Shown here: positions 57,575 to 64,000 of the stretch, piece after piece | Layout of the letters: every line of letters begins with the position of its first letter | Position numbering within the stretch: position 1 is the first letter of the stretch | Source: Candidatus Caldarchaeales archaeon | GTDB lineage: Archaea > Thermoproteota > Nitrososphaeria_A > Caldarchaeales > Calditenuaceae | Direction of reading: 5' to 3' | Assembly (NCBI GenBank): GCA_039630085.1 | Contig: JBCNVM010000007.1 | Span: 1-64,000, forward strand | Length of the DNA: 64,000 nucleotides | Notes under the pieces: generated by a model | What the model was told of the DNA's origin: nothing | Database searches by the model: none | The model's input: only the letters and a program-made list of their open reading frames with translations | Made by a program: the position numbers and the translations under genes

Positions 57575-60500
57575 TCAGGCCGCCTTCTTCGAGATCGCCA
57601 GTATGGTCCGGTGGAGCTCCCTGAGCAGGTCCGAGTAGTTCAGCTTCCCCTCCTCGATCGCGTCCATCTTCGCCTCCAGCTCCCTCGTCAGCTCCTCCGA
57701 GACCAGGTCGCCGTAGTTGCTCTCGAGGTACCGGTAGACCTCGTTCCCGAGCTTGGTGGCGATCACCCGGCCGACGTTCTGGACCACGTACTTCCTCCTG
57801 TAAAGGGTCTCGACGATCTTGGCGTAGGTGCTCGGCCTCCCGATCCCCGTGCTCTTCATGGTCGCGATCAGGTCTCCCTCGGTGAAGAGCCTCGCGGCCG
57901 GGACCCTCCTCAGCTCCAGCTCCCTCACCCGCTGTGACCCGGGGGCGACGCGCGGCTGGACCCTCACCGCCGGGTTGACCCTGAGGAACCCCTCCTCGAC
58001 CAGCTCCACCGGCCTCTCCACCCTCAGCTCGTTCCCGCCGACCTTCACGACAACGGTCTGGTACCTGACCCTGGCTGCGACCATCTGGCTCGCGATGAAC
58101 CTCCTGAAGACCAGGCCGTAGAGCTGGATCTCCCTCCTGGTGAGCCTCGCGGCGGTCCTGAGGGCCCCTGACTGGACGTAGTAGCTGAGCTCCCGCTCGT
58201 CCATGGGCTTGGTCGGCCTGATGCACTCGTGGGCTCCCTCCTTCTGGTAGGTCCTCGGCCTGAAGAGGCCCGGATGCCTCTCCTCGAGGTAACTCCTCGA
58301 GACGCTGAGCCCTGCCGTCGAGACGGTCGTCGAGTCTGTTCTATGATAAGTGATGAGACCCGACTCGAAGAGAGACTGAGCGGACTGCATCGCCTCGACC
58401 GACCCCATCCTGAGGTAGAACCAGGCGTCCCTGAGCATCGAGTCGGTGGTGTACGGGGGCGGCGGGAGGACCTCCCTCACCTCCGAGGAGACCTCCTCGA
58501 CCTCTGCGAAGAGCCTCCCCTCTTCGAGGAGGGCCCTGAGCTCCTCGTAGCCCACCGGCTTCGCGAACTCGAGCCTAGTCCCGTCGTCGAGGACCGCGAC
58601 CATCACCGGGACCTTCCTCCTCGCCTCCGCGGTCCTGTTGACGACCCACCCGAGCACCGGCGTCTGGACCCTGCCGGCCGAGAGCGTCCTCCTCCCGAAC
58701 CGCTCCCAGAGCCTCCTGCTCAGCTCGAACCCGACCCACCTGTCCTCGATCCTCCTCAGGAGCTGGGCCTCGACGAGCCCGTCCCTGATGCCCCTGGGAG
58801 AAGAGAGCGCTGCGCTCAGGGCCCTCCTTGTGACCTCGTGGAACTCTAGGCGCTCGACGCTGTCGTTGAACGGCTTGAGGTTGCAGTAGAGGTCGTAGCC
58901 TATCTTCTCGCCCTCCGAGTCTGGGTCGGTCGCGACGTAGACCCTGCTGGCCTCCAGCGCCAGCTCCCTTAGGGCCCCGATGACGTCGGCCTTGCTCCTG
59001 ACGTTCGACGACCCGCAGTTGGGGCACGCCTTCTGGTCGACGAACTGGGCTCCGCACTCCCCGCACCTCAGTATGGGCGTGTAGACCGGGACGAAGGAGG
59101 TGTCGTGCTGGAGGACTCCGTGGTACCCGCCCTCCGTCGTGAGGTCGAGGACGTGCCCTCCCGAGGCAGCGACCGTGAGTACGTACTCGCCGCCGATCGA
59201 CTCGTAGACGGTCAGGTCCCCTATCTGCCTCCTCGCGGGCCTCCCGAAGAACGACGCGATGGTCCTGGCCTTCGTCGGCGACTCCACGACGACCAGAGCC
59301 GACTTGATCACGTCGAACCTCTCCGGCGGGAGCTCGCCCTTCCTCGCCATGACGACCCTGCGCCTGTCCCCGTCGACCCTCTCGAAGTCCCCGCGGACCC
59401 TCTCCTCCTCGTAGGGCTCGAGCGTCTCCTCGTAGAGCGTCTCGAGCATCCTTCTGAGCCCGTGGAAGGCCTTCCGGTCGTCGACGACCGTTATCGTGAC
59501 GCCCCTGGTTATCCCCGCGACGTAGAGCCTCGAGCACCTCCCGGAGGCCTGCACGAAGCCGTCCGCGTCGGGCACGATCAGGCTGAATCCTCCGTCCGTG
59601 ACCTTCAGCTGGATGTCTGCGCGCTCGGAGAGCCTCGCGACCCACTCGGGCGTCATGACCCTCCTGAGGAGCGACCTTGCCTGGAGGACCAGCTCCTGGA
59701 CGTGCCCCTCGAAGCCCTCCAGCTTGGTCCCGGACTCGATCGCTGACCTGACCCTCTCGACGACCTCGGCGGTTGTCGGCACGACCCTCGAGAGCGAGCC
59801 CGTGACCCTGAGGGCCTCAGCGGCCTCTGGCCCCTCGAGGAGGGGAGCGACGTGCTTGAGGACCGCGAGCAACATCTGCGGCCTGTACTCGTCCTCCTCG
59901 ACCTTGATCTCCCTTCGGGGGACTCCTGCGAAGACGACGTACCTGATCGTCTCGGGGAGGTCGAGGCCCCTCGCGAGTGGGCTGCGGCTGCTGGCCACGC
60001 CGACCAGCGCCCGGTAGGTCCCGTCGACGAACCTGCTCAACAGCCTCGGGCTGGCCCTCTTGTAGGCCTGGGCCGGTATCCCGGAGTCGCTCAGGAGCCC
60101 GGCGACCCTCTCCGCTCCCTCAAGTCCGGCCGTCTGCGGCACGAAGACCAGGACCCCTCCGCCGTGCCTCCTGACCAGCTCGACGACCGCTCCATCGACG
60201 TCACCAGCGCCCTCGAGGTAGTAGTTGCCGATGTTCCTAACGAGCTCCAGCGTGTGGCCGGGCTCGAAGCCGAAGAGGTGCCTGAAGACCCTGACCCTGA
60301 GCGTCCTCCTGGCCCTGAGGGTCGCGCCCGAGACGACCAAGACCTTGTTCCTCGATGACCTCCTGAGTCTGGCGATCTCCCTGTCGAGGGCCTCGTACTC
60401 CTCGAGCTCCTCCTCGGTTGCCCTCCTCTTCCCGCTGATCCGGACCATCCTCATGACCGCGTCGACCGCCGCCGGGTCGTAGCCCATCAGCTCGATCGTC

Positions 60501-61162
60501 TTGTCGATGTTCCTGGGGCTCCTGAGGAAGGCGTCGACGTCGTCGACGAAGACGAAGTCGAACTCCTTCCCCTTAAGCAGCTCGTACCGGTTGTAGAGGA
60601 ACTTGTCGGTGGTGATGAGAACGTCGAAGTCTCCAGAGGATATCGCCAACTGGCTCCTCTCCATCTTGGAGGGCGTCATGCCGGAGGCGTAGCTCACTAC
60701 CCTCACCTCCTTCCCGAGGGCCTCGACGTAGCCGGAGGCCTTCTCGGCGACGTGCTGGACCAGCAGGGAGCTCGGGACCAAGAGGTAGCTCCTGAGCCCC
60801 GACGCGACGCTGAGGTAGAGGGCCATCAGGAGGCCGAAGGTGGTCTTCCCGAGGCCGGTCGGCGCGACTATCGAGAAGCTCCTCCCCAGGAAGACCCTCC
60901 TCGCCCATGTCTCCTGGAGGGACCAGGGATAGGCGCCCACGAGCCTCCTGAAGAACTCCCTGAACTCCCCCACCTTCACCGAGAGCTCGAGCGGCTCCCT
61001 GTAGAGCCTCAGCTTCTTCGCCCTCGAGAGGTAGCTGAGGACCTCCTCCCTGCCCGAGGCCTCGAAGGGCACGCAGGACCTGCAGACGCCGTTGGTCAGG
61101 AGCTCCTCGTCCGAGACGTCGCCCCCGCAGTTCGGGCAGAGCCCCCTGAAGAGCATCTTCAT
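57575..61162 (-). CDS. rgy: Reverse gyrase
   Basis: CPNCGG Zn finger, APTGLGKTTFG, DDVD, VESPTKA TOPRIM, SAGRVQTP, catalytic ITYHRTDS, GIGRPSTY. Confidence 0.98.
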   Translation of the reverse strand: MKMLFRGLCPNCGGDVSDEELLTNGVCRSCVPFEASGREEVLSYLSRAKKLRLYREPLELSVKVGEFREFFRRLVGAYPWSLQETWARRVFLGRSFSIVAPTGLGKTTFGLLMALYLSVASGLRSYLLVPSSLLVQHVAEKASGYVEALGKEVRVVSYASGMTPSKMERSQLAISSGDFDVLITTDKFLYNRYELLKGKEFDFVFVDDVDAFLRSPRNIDKTIELMGYDPAAVDAVMRMVRISGKRRATEEELEEYEALDREIARLRRSSRNKVLVVSGATLRARRTLRVRVFRHLFGFEPGHTLELVRNIGNYYLEGAGDVDGAVVELVRRHGGGVLVFVPQTAGLEGAERVAGLLSDSGIPAQAYKRASPRLLSRFVDGTYRALVGVASSRSPLARGLDLPETIRYVVFAGVPRREIKVEEDEYRPQMLLAVLKHVAPLLEGPEAAEALRVTGSLSRVVPTTAEVVERVRSAIESGTKLEGFEGHVQELVLQARSLLRRVMTPEWVARLSERADIQLKVTDGGFSLIVPDADGFVQASGRCSRLYVAGITRGVTITVVDDRKAFHGLRRMLETLYEETLEPYEEERVRGDFERVDGDRRRVVMARKGELPPERFDVIKSALVVVESPTKARTIASFFGRPARRQIGDLTVYESIGGEYVLTVAASGGHVLDLTTEGGYHGVLQHDTSFVPVYTPILRCGECGAQFVDQKACPNCGSSNVRSKADVIGALRELALEASRVYVATDPDSEGEKIGYDLYCNLKPFNDSVERLEFHEVTRRALSAALSSPRGIRDGLVEAQLLRRIEDRWVGFELSRRLWERFGRRTLSAGRVQTPVLGWVVNRTAEARRKVPVMVAVLDDGTRLEFAKPVGYEELRALLEEGRLFAEVEEVSSEVREVLPPPPYTTDSMLRDAWFYLRMGSVEAMQSAQSLFESGLITYHRTDSTTVSTAGLSVSRSYLEERHPGLFRPRTYQKEGAHECIRPTKPMDERELSYYVQSGALRTAARLTRREIQLYGLVFRRFIASQMVAARVRYQTVVVKVGGNELRVERPVELVEEGFLRVNPAVRVQPRVAPGSQRVRELELRRVPAARLFTEGDLIATMKSTGIGRPSTYAKIVETLYRRKYVVQNVGRVIATKLGNEVYRYLESNYGDLVSEELTRELEAKMDAIEEGKLNYSDLLRELHRTILAISKKAA

Positions 61163-61268
61163 GCTTCGCGCCGGGGAGCAGGTCCCGGGCCCGTCATTTA
61201 AGGGCTCGCGGCAACTCCGCGGGGGGAGAGCTTCGCACGTATATTACGGGCCGAGCGACAATTACGTC

Positions 61269-62342
61269 GTGGGACTCAGGTTCCCCTCCCTGAAGGTGGA
61301 GAGGAGGCTGGAGGTCCCGGCCCACGTCTCCGCGGCCGTGACCGTCGCATTCCTCTCGCTCTCGTTCGTGGTCTCGGCGTCGGTCCTTCAGGTCCTCGGC
61401 GTCGACGCCGCTGCGGCCGTCTCGCAGGTCGCCTCGGTCTACGCCTCGCCCGAGCTCCTGACCGCCGCGGTCCTCAGGGGGGTGCCGATAGGGCTCGCGG
61501 CCGTGGGCCTCACGATCTCCTTCAGGGCAGGGTTCTGGAACATAGGCGCGGAGGGCCAGATGTACATGGGGATGTTCGCGTCGACGGGCGTCGTCCTGCT
61601 CCACGTCTACCACGGCCTCGTTCCGGAGTGGGCGCTCCTCCCGGCGATGGCGCTGGCGGCGTTCGTCGCGGGCGGGCTCTACTGCAGCGTCGCGGCCGTC
61701 CTGAAGGCGAAGCTCGGCGTCAACGAGGTCCTCACCACCCTGATGATGAACTTCATCGCGATACTCTTCGTCGACTACCTGGTCTACGGCCCCTGGAGGG
61801 ATCCGAGGGGCTTCGGTTTCCCGTTGACCGTCCCGTTCCCCGAGGTGGCGAGGTTCGGGGGGACGCTCGGACACGCGGCGTGGGAGGGGCTCGCGCTGCT
61901 GGCGGTCGCGGCCGCGCTGGCGTACCTCCTGATGACCAGGACGACCGTCGGGCTGGACCTGAAGCTGATCGGCGACAACCCGCAGATCGCCGGCATAGCG
62001 GGGGTGAGGATGGTCAGGACCCACTTCGTCCTCTCGATGATAACGGGAGGGCTCGCGGGCCTGGCCGGGTTCTTCCTGCTGACGGGGATCGTGGGGAGGC
62101 TGAGGCCGAGGATATCTCCCGGATACGGCTACACGGCGATCGTCATCTCCTTCCTCGCGGGGCTCCACCCGGTCCTCGCGGTGCCCGCGGCGGTCTTCAT
62201 GGGAGGGCTGATCGTGGGCGGCGACGTCCTCCAGTCGACCCTCAACCTCCCCTTCGCGGCCGTCCAGCTCTTCCAGTCGACGATCCTAGTCATGATAGTG
62301 ATAGGCGAGTTCGTGAAGAGGTACAGGGTGGTTGTCAGATGA
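61269..62342 (+). CDS. ABC transporter permease (nucleoside-type)
   Basis: GFWNIGAEGQ, NEVLTTLMMNFI, GYGYTAIV. Confidence 0.9.
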   Translation: MGLRFPSLKVERRLEVPAHVSAAVTVAFLSLSFVVSASVLQVLGVDAAAAVSQVASVYASPELLTAAVLRGVPIGLAAVGLTISFRAGFWNIGAEGQMYMGMFASTGVVLLHVYHGLVPEWALLPAMALAAFVAGGLYCSVAAVLKAKLGVNEVLTTLMMNFIAILFVDYLVYGPWRDPRGFGFPLTVPFPEVARFGGTLGHAAWEGLALLAVAAALAYLLMTRTTVGLDLKLIGDNPQIAGIAGVRMVRTHFVLSMITGGLAGLAGFFLLTGIVGRLRPRISPGYGYTAIVISFLAGLHPVLAVPAAVFMGGLIVGGDVLQSTLNLPFAAVQLFQSTILVMIVIGEFVKRYRVVVR

Positions 62343-63319
62343 TGGACGTGGGCTGGCTGGAGGGCCTCCTCGCGCTCACGGTTCAGGTCGGCGTCCTATA
62401 CCTCCTCGCGTCGCTCGGCGAGATCTACGCGGAGAGGAGCGGCGTCCTGAACCTCGGCCTCGAGGGCATAATGATCATGGGCGCCGTCGCGTCCTTCGTG
62501 TTCACGAACGCGCTGGGACACGGCCACGCGCTCCTCGCGGCCGCGGCCTTCGGGTGCGGAATGGGCCTGCTGCTCGCGGTCCTCACGGTCACGATGAAGC
62601 TCAACCAGATCGTCGTGGGGCTCGCGATGACGATCATGGGCTACGGGATAAGCGGGCTGATGGGTCACCCCTCCACGAGGGAGCACGTGATGAGGGCCCT
62701 GAACCCCGGCATCGCCCAGGAGGTCGTGATGCTCCAGAGGGCGCCCCCTCTCGGCGCGGTGCCGGTGCCCTTCCTCTCGGACCTGCCCTTGGTCGGGAGG
62801 GCCCTCTTCGAACACAACGTCCTCGTCTACGCCGCCCTCGTCCTGGCCTTCGCGATGTGGTTCGTGCTCTTCAGGACCTCCTTCGGGCTCGCGGTGAGGT
62901 CGGTCGGCGAGAACCCCTCGATGGCCGACGCCCTGGGGATCAACGTCTTCAGGCTCAGGTACGTCACCTGCGCGATCTCGGGCACGCTCGGCGGCCTCGC
63001 CGGCGCCTACCTCTTCATCGGCTACCAGCCCTTCTGGCTCGAGATGATGACCAACGGCAGGGGGTTCATCGCGCTGGCCTTGGTCATCCTCGCTTCTTGG
63101 AACCCGCTGAGGGCCGTGCTCGGCTCGCTGCTCTTCGGGGGCGTGGAGGTGATCCAGTACAGGCTCCAGCTCTACGGCGTCGGCGCCCAGACTCCGCAGT
63201 TCGTCCTGATGCTTCCTTACGTCGTCGCGATAGTCACGCTCTCCCTCCTCTCCGTCGAGAGCGTCAGGAAGAGAATAGGGGTGCCGGAGGCGCTGGGGAA
63301 GCCGTATTCTAGGGAATGA
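62339..63319 (+). CDS. ABC transporter permease (nucleoside-type)
   Basis: ERSGVLNLGLEG, RSVGENP, GRGFIALA, PEALGKPY; ATGA overlap. Confidence 0.9.
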   Translation: MMDVGWLEGLLALTVQVGVLYLLASLGEIYAERSGVLNLGLEGIMIMGAVASFVFTNALGHGHALLAAAAFGCGMGLLLAVLTVTMKLNQIVVGLAMTIMGYGISGLMGHPSTREHVMRALNPGIAQEVVMLQRAPPLGAVPVPFLSDLPLVGRALFEHNVLVYAALVLAFAMWFVLFRTSFGLAVRSVGENPSMADALGINVFRLRYVTCAISGTLGGLAGAYLFIGYQPFWLEMMTNGRGFIALALVILASWNPLRAVLGSLLFGGVEVIQYRLQLYGVGAQTPQFVLMLPYVVAIVTLSLLSVESVRKRIGVPEALGKPYSRE

Positions 63320-63326
63320 GGATACA

Positions 63327-63333
63327 ATAAAAA
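63327..63333 (-). terminator. U-tract terminator of the BMP gene
   Basis: T-run on the minus strand shortly after the stop at 63349. Confidence 0.45.
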
Positions 63334-63348
63334 AGGGAGTGAGGCAGT

Positions 63349-64000
63349 TCAGCGGGGCAGCTCGCTCTCGATGTACTCCACGAACCAGTCCATCTCCCAG
63401 AGGGCGTCGCGGTCGACCCTGCTCCCGGCCCTCCTCTCGCCTGTCCTCTTGCTCACGACGTAGTCCTTGTCGCTGATCATCACCTCGCCGGCCTGGTCCT
63501 TGATCGGCTGTCCGAGGTTGCCCTCCGTCGAGAAGGGCTCGAAGACCATCTCCTTCATCTGCTCGTACCTGAGCTTGATCTCGTTCTGCCACTCGGCCGG
63601 TATCGCGGGGTTCAGAGGGGAGAGGTAGACCGTGCCCTCGGCCTTGCCGGCGGTGCTCTTCTCGACGGGGAGCCTCCACCTCCAGGGCATGTAGTCGCCG
63701 ATCCTGGTCCAGATGTCGACCGACTCCCAGCTGTTCGTCGCCACCATCTTGTAGAACTCCAAGTATATTGGGCCCCAGTTGACGATCTGGCCGGTCAGGT
63801 GGGAGTTGGGCCCGTACTGCCTCATGTCGCTGTAATGGCTGAAGCTCCAGACCCTCCTCCCCTTCTGGGTCGTGTACTCCTCGGCGACCTGCAGCGTGGC
63901 CGGCGTGTCCTCCGTGAAGGCCAGCACGTCCGCGTTCTTCTCCTCTATCAGCGAGATCGACGCCGTCCTGGCCTTGGCAGGGTCGAACCAGCTGAATAGC
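63349..64000 (-). CDS. BMP-family ABC substrate-binding protein, 5'-truncated by window edge
   Basis: SWFDPAKAR, ADVLAFTEDTP, NWGPIY, EMDWFVEYI; same convergent layout as 11125-12471. Confidence 0.82.
   Translation of the reverse strand, partial: LFSWFDPAKARTASISLIEEKNADVLAFTEDTPATLQVAEEYTTQKGRRVWSFSHYSDMRQYGPNSHLTGQIVNWGPIYLEFYKMVATNSWESVDIWTRIGDYMPWRWRLPVEKSTAGKAEGTVYLSPLNPAIPAEWQNEIKLRYEQMKEMVFEPFSTEGNLGQPIKDQAGEVMISDKDYVVSKRTGERRAGSRVDRDALWEMDWFVEYIESELPR

Noticed and set aside
26395-61162. Inteins in rpoB, rpoA, cdc6, DP2 or reverse gyrase
   Set aside because: Lengths are ordinary, conserved motifs are contiguous, and no splice-junction or endonuclease insert is evident
1-64000. CRISPR arrays, rRNA, IS/transposase, integrase
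   Set aside because: No regularly spaced repeats or recognisable motifs on reading; very degenerate relics could be missed

Overview
High-GC archaeal chromosomal window from a probable hyperthermophile (reverse gyrase). PolD together with unsplit Rpo1 and unsplit Rpo2 suggests a Caldarchaeales/Aigarchaeota-like lineage (inference). Core content: nurA-herA-mre11-rad50 operon; tpiA; rpoH-rpoB-rpoA; a replication origin (three ORB elements) upstream of cdc6-DP1, with DP2 convergent; GGGP synthase; RPA-like protein; KaiC-like ATPase; signal peptidase plus large surface protein; SAMP/MoaD; tRNA-Pro; coaBC-srp54-pus10; reverse gyrase; a second BMP-type ABC locus. Accessory content lies at about 7.5-23.2 kb. 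(i) A catabolic island with a BMP-type ABC importer, an orphan xanthine-dehydrogenase/CoxL-family Mo subunit, FdrA/DUF1116/DUF2877 (AllF/G/H-like) genes and a cyclase-family amidohydrolase, possibly an undescribed N-heterocycle/oxalurate pathway. (ii) An AT-rich decayed islet bounded by tRNA-Ala and an inverted 24-bp copy of its 3' end. (iii) A free-standing HTH-LAGLIDADG endonuclease gene with a four-hairpin 5' leader directly beside the tRNA. I saw no CRISPR array, rRNA, integrase or transposase. All calls come from motif recognition by eye, with no database searches.
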